From assembly GCA_002435385.1 (NCBI GenBank), contig DJMN01000007.1, forward strand, positions 10,695 to 74,694: DNA of 64,000 nucleotides, read 5' to 3'. The position numbers were made by a program, and so were the translations under genes. Under the pieces are notes generated by a model, which searched no databases, had not been told where the DNA came from, and was given only the letters and a program-made list of their open reading frames with translations. Source of the DNA: Patescibacteria group bacterium UBA6489. Lineage in GTDB: Bacteria; Patescibacteriota; Gracilibacteria; BD1-5; UBA6164. This document shows, one piece after another, positions 28,174 to 41,212 of this stretch; the first letter of the stretch is position 1; the number at the start of each line of letters is the position of its first letter.

Positions 28174-29100
28174 CTACACTTTTACTTTCCTCTTCTCCAA
28201 AATTATCATAAAAAATGAAACCATTAAAACAATAGAACCCAATATTTGCATAGTATTCATCATCTTTCAATTAAAAAAATAATCAAAAAATATAGCAGAC
28301 AAAGGCCACATAAGTTCAAAAATTGTAGCAGAAGAAGCACTTACTTTTTTTAGTCAAAAATAATACAAAAACAAAGCTCCAGCTCAACTACTAACAACAA
28401 TAACCCCCAAAAGTTGCCAATGAATAGGAAAGAAATTTCAAAAGTCAGCAAAGTCCCCAAATAGAAAAAGAGCAACTAAGGCAAGTAGGGAAGTAAGGGT
28501 AAACCTCAAAGATGTAGTAAGTTTAAAACCTAAATCATTAACCAATGTTTTTCAAAATACAGTAGAAGAACCAAAGGCAAAAGCCGCAAGTATTGCAAAA
28601 AAAGCAGGAAGATTTAGTATATTTACATTGAAAATATCCTTTCATAAACTACCAAATGCTATAAAGTAAGCACTTACAATAGAAACAAACGCCCAGAAAT
28701 AAAATCTTTTACTCAACTTTTCCCTAAGTAAAATAGCCGCCATAGATAAAGCAAATACAGGTTGAAGCTTCTGTAAAATTATGATAGTTGATAAAGTAGC
28801 TTCTCATCTATATGCTGAAAAAAAGGCTTCTGTTATAGTCAAAGTTCAAATAAGTCCTCAGAAAAAACAAACCCAAAGAAGAGAAATAAAATCTTTTCTT
28901 TTCATCTTTACAACTTTTTTGATTCAGAAGAATAAAAAAGGACTAAGAACAATAACTCATAAAAGATGCTCTATAAAAACAACATTTATAGGAGAAAATT
29001 GATAAAATTGAGGTCTGATTAAAATTCCATCTAGACTCCAAAAAGTAGCTGCTATCATTATAGAAATAGCTCAAACCAGAAATCTTTTATCTTTCTTCAT
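28174..29100 (-). CDS. EamA/DMT-family transporter
   Basis: About 10 TM segments and the two-fold EamA repeat pattern with TGA=Gly. 308 aa. Confidence 0.65.
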
Positions 29101-29277
29101 AAGTATCTTTTAGAAAATATTTTAATATTCAACTTTTGATTGTAAGGAAAAAATAGTAAAAGGCTAGTGAAAAAATGAAATAGTTTTTTAAGTATAAAAA
29201 TCTAAACAAAGACGAAATTTGCTACATAAAAGTATTTATGATAATATAATGAAGAGGTATTTATAAAAATATATTAT

Positions 29278-29871
29278 ATGAGCATAAATTTATCAAAAAC
29301 ATTAAAAGAATCTTTTTGATTAGAAACTAATGAAATTGATGAAATTATTAATGAATTAAGAAAAAATTCAGTATCTTCAGTGGAATATATTTTATGATAT
29401 AATGACATAAAAATTTTAAAAGATTGATTTGGAAAAATATTTTCTAAATGCAAAGATAGAAATAAAGAAAAATTTGAAAAAAAAGCAAAAGTATTTTGAA
29501 GCATATTTACAAGAATTGATGACTTTGCTCCACAAGTAATATTCATTTTAGAATTATGTGAAACCCCTGAAGATTTTGAAAAATTACATTGATTAATTAA
29601 TGATACCAGAATATGTTTAAGTTTAAAACAATTTATAACTGATAAAAGTAATAATCAAGAAGAATTTAAAAGATGTTTTAGTTGATATGAACATATTTTA
29701 ACCTTTGATGAGAAATTACAAGAAGAATTTAATCAAGCTAAGGCAGAAAAAGATATTATAAAAGTAAATTTATTACAAGAAGAGCTTTTCTGGAAATGAT
29801 GAAGATGAAAAGAATTAGCTGATAAATTTTTTCTGGTATTGAAGAAAAAATTCTCAATAAGCAGTAAATAA
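29278..29871 (+). CDS. hypothetical protein (197 aa)
   Basis: ATG..TAA in frame with TGA=Gly. The minus-strand ORF-track hits here are antisense artefacts. Confidence 0.4.
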
Positions 29872-29948
29872 TTTTTATCAACACAACAAATTGAATTAAT
29901 AAAATTAATATATATAATCCAATTTAATTTAATACTTAATAACAAAAA

Positions 29949-30284
29949 ATGACTAGAAAAAGAAAAATACAACTATCTATAATTTTACTTTTGATAATTC
30001 TTTGAGCATTATACTTTGTTTATGCAAGATACATAATTCCAAATATAGAACAAATAACACACTACACAATCCTATCTTTATCTATTTTATGATTAATATT
30101 TGTCTTCTATATTACCTTTAGAATTAAAAAAGGATTAAAAAATAGAAAAAAGGAAAAAACAGTCTCAGAAAACTCAGAAGAAAAACTTAAAGATGAAGAA
30201 AATAAACTTTTGATAAAAAAAGAAGAAATAGTTGAAAACACTGAATCAAATATTAAAGAAGGGGTTAAAAGTGAAGAGGTATAA
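29949..30284 (+). CDS. small 2-TM membrane protein with Lys/Glu-rich tail (111 aa)
   Basis: ATG..TAA in frame. Followed by the terminator aaaaacaatgga-tttat-tccattgttttt. Confidence 0.4.
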
Positions 30285-30389
30285 ACTTATAATTTCAAAC
30301 AAAAACAATGGATTTATTCCATTGTTTTTTGATACCAGAAAAAAGCAACAATATTCCATTGTATTGCTAAATAAAAGTTATACATTTTT

Positions 30390-30418
30390 TTGCAATTATT
30401 TTAAAAGATGATATAATA
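30390..30418 (+). promoter_or_regulatory. sigma70-type promoter of the copper cluster
   Basis: TTGCAA (30390-30395), 17-nt spacer, TATAAT (30413-30418). Confidence 0.45.
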
Positions 30419-30450
30419 CATAACTGAATTAACTAAGATAAAATAATAAC

Positions 30451-30885
30451 ATGAAAAAAATACTTTCATTTTTCGTATTTATTATCTTTATCACTACAGC
30501 TTTTGAAAGCAGTATAGTGACATCTTTTGCTATGCATCAAATGCCAGAGAAAGCAACGAAAGTAGAAAATCAACAACATTACAACATGAAAAAAGATATG
30601 CCATGTTGTGATGAAGAAAAAGGACATGATAGAAAATCATGTAAACACTCTTGCTGTATTGAAGCATCAGATACAAATAATCAAACATACTTAAACAATA
30701 ATACTCAAATTCAAAACAGGGAAGTAAAGATTAAGCTAAAAAACAATTATTTAGCGTTAGATTTCTCTTATAAATTACCAATACAGAGAAAGTTAACCAA
30801 GAAAACATCCCCACCACCAGTAGAACGAAAACTAAAAAATTATTCATACAAAGATTTAACCAAAATCATAAAATCAAATACTTAG
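30451..30885 (+). CDS. secreted Cys/His/Met-rich protein (putative metal/copper-binding)
   Basis: Signal peptide. MHQMP, DMPCCDEEKGHDRKSCKHSCC. First gene of the copper cluster. Confidence 0.5.
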   Translation: MKKILSFFVFIIFITTAFESSIVTSFAMHQMPEKATKVENQQHYNMKKDMPCCDEEKGHDRKSCKHSCCIEASDTNNQTYLNNNTQIQNREVKIKLKNNYLALDFSYKLPIQRKLTKKTSPPPVERKLKNYSYKDLTKIIKSNT

Positions 30886-31003
30886 ATCAAATTTAATTAT
30901 TACCTATTACAAAAAAACATAGGTATTTTTTCGTGTCCAAATTTTCAAAAATTTTACCCTAACTTTTCTTAAAGAAAAGGAACATAAAGAATAAAATTTT
31001 TAA

Positions 31004-31061
31004 GCTCCCAATTTAATCCCCCTCAATTGAGGGGGAAAGCGAGGAACGAGCAGGGGGAGTT
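31004..31061. repeat. GC-rich palindromic repeat unit (core gaggggg-aagcgaggaacgagca-ggggg)
   Basis: ccccctcaattgagggggaaagcgaggaacgagcagggggag. The same core occurs at 55938-55967 and 58590-58617. Confidence 0.8.
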
Positions 31062-31103
31062 AAAAAAACGAAATAAAAAACAATATTTAATAAATTTAAA
31101 AAA

Positions 31104-32492
31104 ATGAAAAAAATAATAAACATAAAATGAATGCATTGTGTTAGTTGTGAAATACTATTAGAAAAGCAACTACAAAAAATACACTGAGTAAAAGTATTAA
31201 AACTAAGTTACAGAAAATGAATTCTAGAAGTAGAATATAAACATAATTCTGACTATGACCAAATTGTTAAAACAATTACAAAAAATTGATACAAAGTTGT
31301 TAAAAACTCAGAGAAAAATGAAAATTCAAATAACAATTTATTATCAAATATAATAGCAGTATTATTTGTAATAATATTTATAATAATATGAAAACTATTT
31401 AATCTATATCAATACTTACCAGAAACAAATACACTCAGCTATTCATGAGCATTTTTAGTTTGAATAATCGCCTCACTATCAACCTGTTTAGCAATAGTAT
31501 GATGAATAATAATCTGATTCTCGAAATACATAGACTCTTCAAATTCTAGAACTTGAAATGTAAAAGTACAACTATGATTTCAAATTTGAAGACTACTATG
31601 ATTTTTCCTATTATGATGAATACTATGATTATTAGGGAAACTTATAAGTATAAGCCTTTCCTTCTCAAGCATTTTAACATTCTTCATCTGAATATTACTA
31701 CTATACATGTGACTAAACATTCTTTGAATTCTACCATCACTAAGTAGATACTGAATAAACATGCCAAAAAGTTTTGCTGGTAAAATAGAAAAACTATGAA
31801 AACCACAATACTCACCTATGGTATGAGCTATGACATTTTTTTTACCTTGTTGATTTACTCAAACTATGCAATTATTAGCAGTAAGTAGTTGAAGTTTTAT
31901 CTCATGATGACTAGTTATGCTATTTTTTGCATTATGAACATTTCCTGTATTATTCTCTATATGAGTATGAACTAGTTACATAAAAGATAAAAAAATTGAA
32001 TTACTAAACAAAATAGTAGCTTGAATCCTTATAGTTTTTTGAATAACAACCATATCAAATTCATATAACTTATTATGAGTAAGTGCTTCATCTATAACAC
32101 AAAAAGAAACTACAACTTGTAATATTCAAGATTCAGAGTCTTGTATAGATTCTCAATCTCTGAGACCGAACTCTGATACAGAGAAAAATAACACGAATTT
32201 GGTCTCAAATGTAGATTCAGCAGAAACAATAAAAGTATGACATAATGGATGGTCAATGGAACCTGAAAAAATAACTTTAAAAAAATGAAAAAACTATAAA
32301 ATAGTAGTAACACCAACATCAGATTGAAAATGATGTATGGCAACACAACTTATCCCAAAGCTAAATACCAAAGTTTCAAGAATACAAAAATGAGTTCCAA
32401 TAGTTTATGAAATAAACAATGCCAAACCATGAACCTATGAAATAGTATGTTGAACAATGTGAATGCTACAATGAAAAATAGTAGTGGAATAA
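31104..32492 (+). CDS. HMA domain + TauE/SafE-like membrane domain + C-terminal cupredoxin-like domain protein
   Basis: IKGMHCVSCE (HMA). Multiple TM segments with LPCGFTQ. C-terminal GTYEIVCGTMGMLQGKIVVE (cupredoxin-like). Confidence 0.65.
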
Positions 32493-32499
32493 TTATCAA

Positions 32500-32666
32500 T
32501 TACCTCCCCTCCCTTAATCCCTCCCCTTTCTGGAGAGGAATAAGTAGGAATGTAATTTTTATAATACCTAATAATTCCACCTTCCTTGCTAAGGAGAGGA
32601 AAAACAGCAGAGCGGAAAATTGTAGCCCTCCTCTCCTTGAGGAGAGGAGATTCAGAGGTGAGGTTA
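32500..32666. repeat. cluster of GC-rich palindromic units
   Basis: tacctcccctcccttaatccctcccctttctggagagg (an inverted copy of 58650-58685), ccttccttgctaaggagagg, gtagccctcctctccttgaggagaggagattcagaggtgaggtt. Confidence 0.8.
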
Positions 32667-32713
32667 TAGTTAAAGAATAGGGAAAACAATTTTTAAAACC
32701 TAACAAAAATATC

Positions 32714-34849
32714 ATGCAAAAAAAATTTTTAATAGAATGAATGACTTGCTCAAGTTGTGCAATCATAAATCAAAACTCATTAGATGATTTAGACTGAGTT
32801 ACAGATGCTAAAATAAATCTAGCAACAAAACAAGCAACAGTTACATTTGATGAAACAAAAGTAAGCTTTGAACAAATAAAAAAACAAATAGAAAACAATT
32901 GATATAAAGTAAATGAAAACATTGAAATAAGCCAAGAAAAGGACAAAAAAGAAAATAAAACAATACTAAAAAGATTTATATTTTCTTTAGTATTTTCTCT
33001 ACCAGTATTTTCAATGATGTTTGTAAATACAATGATATGAATAAGCTATTTCTGAGTAGACCTAAGCATGTATATATTTGCAACACTATCATTCTTAGTA
33101 GTTTTTATATTTTGACAAAACTTTCATAAAAAAGCTTTCAAATCATTACTAAAACTACACTTTAACATGGATAGTCTAGTTTCACTTTGAACACTAACAG
33201 CCTTTATATATTCTGTAATAGCAATGTTTTTTAAGTGACTAGATGTATATTTTGAAGCATCAGTATCAATTATAACACTTATAAATCTATGAAAATATCT
33301 AGAACACAAAGCAAAAACAAAAGCCTGAGATGCTATAGGAAAACTACTGGAACTATGAGCTAAAAAAGCTTTTGTAAAAGTATGAAATAAAGTTGAAGAA
33401 AAAGATGTTGATGAAATCTCAGTCTGAGAAATCATCACTGTAAAAGCTTGAGAAAAAATAGCACTAGACTGAACAGTTTTAAACTGAACAGCAAACTGTG
33501 ATGAAAGTATGCTAACCTGAGAAAGTATGCCAGTATTTAAACAAAAAGGAGATGAATGTTATTGATGAACAATAAACCTAGACTGAAACATAGATCTGAA
33601 AGTAACAAAAACAAATGAACAATGAACATTAGCAAACATCATAAAACTAGTAGAACAGGCACAAAGTTCAAAAGCACCAATAGAACATCTTGCAGATAAA
33701 GTAGCATGAATATTCGTTCCAACAATAATAATCATCTCAATAATAACATTTATTTGATGGTACCTTATAACTTGAGATATAAGCAAAGCAATTATAAGTT
33801 CTGTTGCATCTCTAGTTATAGCTTGTCCTTGTGCTTTATGACTTGCAACACCAACAGCAATAATGGTCTGAACCTGAGTTTGAGCTAAAAAATGAATCCT
33901 TATAAAAGATGCTCAAAGCCTAGAAAAAACTAAAGAGGTAGATGTTGTAGTATTTGATAAAACCTGAACACTAACAAATGCAAAACCAGAAGTTACAGAT
34001 ATAAAAATATTCTCTTGAAAAGAAAAAGAAATTATAACCCTAGCAAAATCTTTATCAGCACTATCTCATCATCCACTATCTAAATCTATTGTAAATCATT
34101 ATAAAAAGATCTCAGATAAAAAAGTTGAAAACTTTGAAGAAATAAAATGAAAATGACTAGTCTGAAAAATAGATTGAAAAGAAATAAAACTATGAAATAA
34201 AAAGCTATTCTGAAAATTAAAAGACGAGATAAAAAGTCATTTAAAAGAATTATCAGAAATCTGAAAAACACCAGTTTTAATCTGAGATGATAAAGAAATA
34301 TACTGAATCATATGACTTCTAGATTTACCCAAAAAATGAGTTGATAAAACTATAAAAAAACTACAAGATATGCAAATAGAAGTAGTCATGCTTACCTGAG
34401 ATACTCAAGAAACAGCCAACTATATAGCAAAATGATTATGAATCTCAAAGATCTTTGCCTGAGTTATGCCAGATGATAAGTTGAACATAATAAAACAACT
34501 TCAAAGTGAATGAAAAAAAGTAGCATTCGTATGAGACTGAATAAATGATGCACCAGCCTTAGTTCAAGCAGATTTATCTTTAGCCATGTGAACATGAAGC
34601 GATATAGCTATAGAATCATCAGATATAGTTTTAGTAAAATGAAACCTAGAAAAAGTTATAGTTGCAATACAACTCTCTAGGCAAACACTAAGAGTTATAA
34701 AACAAAATCTATTTTGGGCTTTTATTTACAACACTATATGAATTCCACTAGCAGCTTTCTGAGTACTAAATCCTATATTTGCAAGTTTTGCTATGAGTAT
34801 GAGTAGTGTGAGTGTGGTTAGTAATAGTTTGAGATTGAAGAAGTTTTAA
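32714..34849 (+). CDS. copA: copper-translocating P1B-type ATPase
   Basis: GMTCSSC (HMA), CPC, DKTGTLT (Gly = TGA 33965-33967), MLTGD, VGDGINDAPAL. 711 aa. Confidence 0.9.
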
Positions 34850-34913
34850 GATTTTATTAGCATAAATTTTATAAGTATGATATTATGTTTTAAGATAATA
34901 TTTATTTATATTT

Positions 34914-36407
34914 ATGACATTAAAAGAAGAGTTAAAAGAAGGAAGAGATATTCATAATCAATGAACTAAACAACAAAATTCGTGAGAAATTTCTTCAGAC
35001 ATTTCTGCTAGAACTTCAAGTATAGTAGCTAAAAACGATGACTTTATTCCTAATTTTAGGGAAAAATTTCCTGAAAAAGATAAAAAATATATGGAACTAT
35101 TAATTAAGGCTCATATTCTTCATCCTAAACAGGTAGAAGAAGCTTATAAAATAGATTGAGAGATAACATATTCTTGATTAAAAGCATTACAAAAATTCTT
35201 GATTCTATATTATTCAGATTTTAGCTCACTTATTTTAGTAGCTAAAAAAAATAAAGAGAAAATCACTGAATTATTATATAAAAAACATATTGGTAATGTA
35301 TTAAAAGAAATTGATAATTTACCAGAAAACAAACTATTTTGTAGAAAAGTACATAAAAAGATACTTCCAAATAAAACACCTCATGAACAACTTTGATATG
35401 AAGAGGATTGAATAAAGGTAAAGAAATATAAAAATTCTGGAATTTACGGATATATTTATAATAGAGATTTTCCAGATTTATTTGATAAAAATACAGAAAA
35501 AAAATATTTAGATTTAAGATGAAAAGAAAGATGGAAATATATATATACTGTGTTATGAACTATACCAGATAAGATAAAAGAGGCTCTTTTAGATTTAAAT
35601 ATAAATAAAAATTCAGATGATATAAATCTCATGAAGGATATTGTTAAAGTTGAACAAGTAAAAGAATCTTTACTAGAATTACCAATACCTCTTTTAGATA
35701 ATGTTTTAAGTTATTTAGAGGACTATATAATTAAATTAAAATCAGTTGAAGAGTATTTTAAAGATTATATAAATGCTCCTAAAGAATTATTTTCAAAAGT
35801 AACTTGAATATCACAAGATACAGTCAATGGAGAAATCTCAATGGAAAAAAATTTAGCAAATATAACTTTTTATATATGAGATGAAAAAGACTATGTTTAC
35901 TTATATGAAAAACTATCATGAAAGAAACCATTGAATTTATGATGATTTTTTCCTACGCATTATATAGAAATATGGGATTTAACATGATGTTTTAATTTTA
36001 TTTATGGTATTAAGTGAAAAAAATTACCTACAGAAAAAGCAATAGAACATGAAAATACTCACTCTGAAGATTATAAAATAATGCCAGATTATCGTTCCTT
36101 AGATATTTTAAGTAAAACAAAAGATGAATTATTAGCTCATTTAATTGAGTGAAAAAAGAAATCAGAGACTTTAGGTAATTTACATTGGTACTATGATTAT
36201 TATGCAAAGTATAAAGAACCTGAATCTTCACCCACTTATCCTTGAGATAAATATTTAAAATTAAGAAAATTATATGAACAAGAATTAGCTTATATAATAG
36301 AGGTTGCATATGCTATGAAAAAATTAAATATACCAAATTACTTTGAAATATTAAGACTTACTCCTGTAAGAGAATGGAAATTTCTAAAAAAAGTTTTTCT
36401 TGAATAA
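34914..36407 (+). CDS. hypothetical protein (497 aa)
   Basis: The ORF-track fragment 35199..35396 is in the same frame. ATG..TAA in frame with TGA=Gly. A terminator hairpin overlaps the stop. Confidence 0.5.
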
Positions 36408-36477
36408 GAAAAACTTTTTTTGTCTCAAAACTATTTATAATTATAATATTATTAACCTTATACTATAAAATTTAAAC

Positions 36478-37452
36478 ATGATAAAAAAAATTCTAATACT
36501 AACAACTCTATTATTATTCTCAATCCCAACCATAACAAATGCAACCTACACACTAACAGAAGATGATAAAAATATAGCTCAAAAAATAGAGATAAAGCTA
36601 ACCGAGATTATTAATAAAAATCAGAAGTTTTCCTATGACTGAGTCATCACCTTTTTAGAGAGTTATAAAGACAAAAAAACAGACGAAAGAATAAAGTCAA
36701 TATTTGAAGAAATTATTAAAGGACTAAATATTAGTAAAAACAGAGTAACAATCTTAGAATGACGGAATATCTTTGATATAGACAATTATTTATACTCAAG
36801 AAAACTAATACAAAAATGAGAGTACATAAACTATGTACAAAACCAAGAAAAAATAATAGCATTATCAGAATTCTTTCCATTTCTTTACACACAAAAAACA
36901 TTAGAATGATATCTTTACCCAGATACATATGAAATCTATTCAGACAACTTTAAAATAAACGAGTTTGTAATCAAACAACTAGAAGCATTTGAAACAAAAG
37001 TTTATCAGAAACTATTTATAGACGAAAACTGAAATTCAAAGTATATGAACGAGATAATAGAAAGTATAGTTAACCTATCATCCATAGTAGAAAAAGAAGA
37101 GAAAAATCCTTTAGAAAAACCAACAATAGCAGGGATCTTAAAAAAGAGAGTAAAAGAATACTGGAATATATGAGCAGACATAACAGTATGTTATCCATAC
37201 AAACTAACAGAAAATCAATGTAAATCATATATCACTCAGTACATAAATACAGAATCAGAGTACAACACTAGATTTATCATATGATTACCACCGACACCAA
37301 TTTGTAATCCTAGCTATGAAACTATAAATGCTACACTAAACCACAAAGAAACAGAGTATTACTATTATTTACATGATACAACCACATGAGAAGTGTATTA
37401 TGCTAAAACATTAGAAGAACACAATGAAAATAAACAATTATATTTGAAATAA
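36478..37452 (+). CDS. mltG: endolytic murein transglycosylase MltG/YceG, paralog 1
   Basis: Signal/anchor sequence. LEGYLYPDTYE, SSIVEKEE, YNTRFIIGLPPTPICNPS, YYYYLHD...GEVYYAKTLEEHNEN. Confidence 0.8.
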
Positions 37453-37453
37453 A

Positions 37454-37494
37454 ACCCAAAAAAACTACTTCAATTTAGAAGTAGTTTTTTGGGT
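37454..37494. terminator. bidirectional terminator between mltG-1 and the M23 peptidase gene
   Basis: acccaaaaaaactacttc-aattta-gaagtagttttttgggt. Confidence 0.7.
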
Positions 37495-37539
37495 ATTAAG
37501 TAGATCTTTCTGGTATAAAATAACCTAATATTTAAGTTC

Positions 37540-38061
37540 CTATAAATCTGAGTGTTCAAGAGAATATGGATAATCTTTAAATCTAAAAGGTACAGTTACT
37601 AATCATTCCGTTCTAGTCCAATAAGAATATTGAAAATGTAAATGGGGCTTTGGTCCTATCCATCAGCTTTTTCATGTGTGTGCTAATGGATCACCAGCTT
37701 TTATTATATCGCCTATTTTTACTTTAATGCTATTTTGGGCTAAATGTATGTAATCTATATCAAATCCACATTCCGTTTTTATTCTTATTAGATTAGCTTT
37801 TCAACCATACTTCATTCCTATGTCTGGATTATCTCACTCATAGCTTTCATTTGATAAATCCATACATAATGCAACCACTCAATCTTTTACTGCTAATATC
37901 TTTGTTCATACAGGTAGAGCAAAATCAACTGCATATTCTAAACATAAACGTAAGTTTGGAAAGGTATAATGACTCCAAGGTCAATTAAAGCCTTGTGATA
38001 TATTCACAGGATTTTCATTTATATCAAATGGAAGACTACTAAATACTTCTATATCTCACAT
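37540..38061 (-). CDS. M23-family metallopeptidase (LytM-like), 173 aa
   Basis: YIHLAQNSIKVKIGDIIKAGDPLAHTGKSGWIGPKPHLHFQ (HxH motif). Confidence 0.75.
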
Positions 38062-38225
38062 ATAAATAAGTTATTTTATAAATATTACTATATATTATCT
38101 AAATTAGAAATACTTTGTCAATAGAGTTAATTAGAAAATTAGCTAAATATTAAAAAATTCTTTTTGCCTTATTTAGATTTTTCGCTACAATAAGGCTCGT
38201 ATTTTTATTTTTTAACAAAAAAATT

Positions 38226-39293
38226 ATGTTTAAAAGAATGCTGGTATTCCTTTGCCTGCTACTATTTGCAAATATATATATAGCAAATGCAGACTACACC
38301 TTAACACTTGAAGATAAAGTTCTAACACAAAAGATAGAAGCTAAGTTAGTAACTATAATAGAAAGTAACTCTAAATATACTTATGAAGCTATTATAAGTT
38401 TTTTAGAAAAATCTATAAATAATGCAACAAATGAAAGAACAAAAAAAATGTTTGAAATGATAGTTTCAGACTTCAATAAAAAAATAAACACAACAACAAC
38501 CGCTACTACGACACCCCCAACAACTACTACTAATACAAATACTGGAACAACAACAAGTACAACATCAAACAATACAGAAACAAACAAAGTGACAATATTA
38601 GCATGATGGAATATATTTGAAATAGATAATTATCTAGTTTCTAGATGATTAATAGCAAAATGAGATTATGTATCATATGTAGAAAGTGCAGAAAATATAT
38701 CTAAATTATCAGAATCATTTTCATTTATATACACACAAAAGACATTAGAATGATACCTTTATCCAGATACATATGAAATAAATTCATGAGATTTTAAAAT
38801 AAGTGATTTAGTAAAAAAACAATTAGAAAACTTTGATGCCAAAATATATAAAAAATTATTCGTATATGAAGATTGAACACCAAAATATATGAATGAGATA
38901 ATAGAAAGTGTTATTAACTTAGCATCTATTGTAGAAAAAGAAGAAAAAAATCTTCAAGAAAAACCTGTAGTGGCTTGGATTCTAAAAAGAGCAGTAAGAA
39001 ACTATCAAAAACTATGAGTAGATATAACAGTTTGTTATCCTCATAGATTAACAGAAGCAGAGTGTAAAGCAAAGGTCTCAGAATATCTAAACTCAGAATC
39101 AGAGTATAACACTCACTTCATCACTAGGTTACCACCAACACCAATTTCTAATCCTAGTTATGAAACTGTAAATGCAACATTAAATCATAAAGAGACAGAC
39201 TATTATTATTATTTACACGATGCAAGTTGAAAAGTGTATTATGCAAAGACTCTTGAAGAACATGAAAAAAATAAAGAATTGTACTTAAAATAA
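38226..39293 (+). CDS. mltG: MltG/YceG paralog 2 with poly-Thr linker
   Basis: Same architecture as 36478..37452 (LEGYLYPDTYE, ASIVEKEE, GLPPTPISNPS, YYYYLHDASGKVYYAKTLEEHEKN) plus TTTATTTPPTTTTNTNTGTTTSTTSNNTETN. Confidence 0.8.
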
Positions 39294-39405
39294 GAGAATA
39301 AAAAAATAAAGACTATGTTTTCACATAGTCTTTATTTTTTTGACTTATATGATTAAAATACTATAATACTAGGTACCTTTCAATTTACTTTTTATTTTAG
39401 TTATT

Positions 39406-39825
39406 ATGTTACAAGAGTTAGTTTTAATAGGTTCAAGAAAAGATGCTGTAAGAATATGAAATGATTTAAGAGATAAAAATATAAGTTTGGATTCATTAAA
39501 GTTGGTAGTTTTGGAGCAGGTTCTGAAAATCCTTGAAGCGGAACAGTGATGGGATGAACAACTTATTTTACTTATCAGAGAAAAATTAGCAATCAGAAGA
39601 ATAATTGATATATGATATGCTTTAAAAGATGAAAAACTTAGACTGTGAAATGTCTCTGAAGAGACTTTAATATCTATATCTGATAAATTAAAACAAGAAA
39701 ACTGGAGCGATATAGAACTAATAAGTTTTATTGAATCAAAAATGCAAGAAAAAAAACAAAGAGAAAAGGAGGTTCAAGAATTCCAAAGAAGGTGTAAAAA
39801 TATTCCAGCTAGAAATAGAATATAG
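39406..39825 (+). CDS. hypothetical protein (139 aa)
   Basis: ATG..TAG in frame with TGA=Gly. Confidence 0.4.
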
Positions 39826-39866
39826 TTTCTGAATGTTTATTAATCTAATAATTACTTTACAAAAAA

Positions 39867-41120
39867 TTAGTACATATTACAATTCAATCATCACTTTTGT
39901 TTTTTATTAACATAGAAATAAGTAGGATTTCTATCTAATTTTTCAAAATGTCTAGTTAACTTATCAACTATATCTGTTAAAAATAAATCAAATCTACTAT
40001 CTGAATGTTTTTCTGATAATTCATCTTGGCATTCTTTAAAGCAATTTAGCATTGTTCTTATAGTACTTTTATCCAATTTTTTATCTGTAAAAAGAGAAAT
40101 ATCAATCATATTATAATCTCCCTGTCTCATTGCTTTTAATAAAAATTCTTCTAGTAGATAATACCATTCTTCAAAACGGAACTTTGTAACATCCTTAGGA
40201 TCTTGTTTTCATAATTCCACGTCTCTATGAGTTACTCATTGAAATGCTAATTCTAATCTAGGAAATACCATCATTTTTATTATTTCAAGAACCTCTTTTC
40301 ATTCTTTGTCAGTAATACTTTTAGCTATATCTTCAACTAGATTAATATCAATTCAATCTAAAATAATAATTGACCTATCTGTATTTTCTTTATTTACAAC
40401 TCTTAAAGCTGATAAGGCTGCTTCTGCTGTTTTCTCTCCAGGACCTCTGGTATATACTTTTTCATCAAATTCAAAATCTTTATATGTGCTCAAATATTTT
40501 TCAATGAATCTAAGAGCTTTAGGATTATCAGAAAATCTTCTAATAAAATCATTAACAGACCTAAGCATTTCAGTTCTTCTTTTTTTTCCTATAAAGTCAA
40601 AAAATATATCTAATCAAACATATGCTACATGAGTATTCGTATCTTCATGAATACTTCATATTTCCATTACAAGTTTTTCTTTAATTTCATGTTCTAGTTT
40701 TACTCACATATAATTAGCCCAGTGATAAGAAACACATCATTTTCATGATCAAGGAGTTCATGTAAAAACTGCGATTTTTTTCTTAATTTCTCACCAATCA
40801 TCATCTAGGGCAATTAGTTTTGATACTTCGTCTATTACCTCTCACATATTTTTTCATGATATAACATTATTCTGAGGATAGTTATAATTTAACCTATCTA
40901 TTTTAGTAATTACAGAATCTCAGTTAGAAGAAATCTCATCTATAAGTTTTACTAATCATTTATTCTGAGGATGTTTTTTTAATTGAAGTCATGCTTCGGT
41001 TAAAATCTGGACTTTTTCACTATATACAAAATAACTTAAATCAGGAACCTTTCAAGAAGTTACTGCTACATCAACAATTTCTTTAGGATTAAAGTTATTA
41101 TTTGGAGTATTAATCAACAT
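39867..41120 (-). CDS. P-loop NTPase-like hypothetical protein (417 aa)
   Basis: Fragments 39891..40130 and 40353..40568 share the frame. FTGTPGSGKG (all four Gly encoded by TGA) and SIIILDGID (Walker B-like). Confidence 0.5.
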
Positions 41121-41212
41121 ATTTACACAATTTATAAAAATAAACCCATATTTTATACTTAATATTTTGGTAATTGCAAACTTATTGTATAATAAAAAAG
41201 AGTTAATTTGAA

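Noticed and set aside
32435-32766. Overlapping 77-88-aa ORFs here and at 58522..58728
   Set aside because: They fall entirely within the GC-rich palindromic repeat clusters. Their reading frames are created by the purine/pyrimidine runs, and they are not conserved between repeat copies.
39867-41120. Assignment of the GKG-containing P-loop protein next to CHAD as polyphosphate kinase 2
   Set aside because: Apart from the GKG ending of the P-loop, none of the other PPK2 features I recall (such as the RSWY-type motif or the lid region) could be found. It is kept as an unassigned NTPase-like protein.
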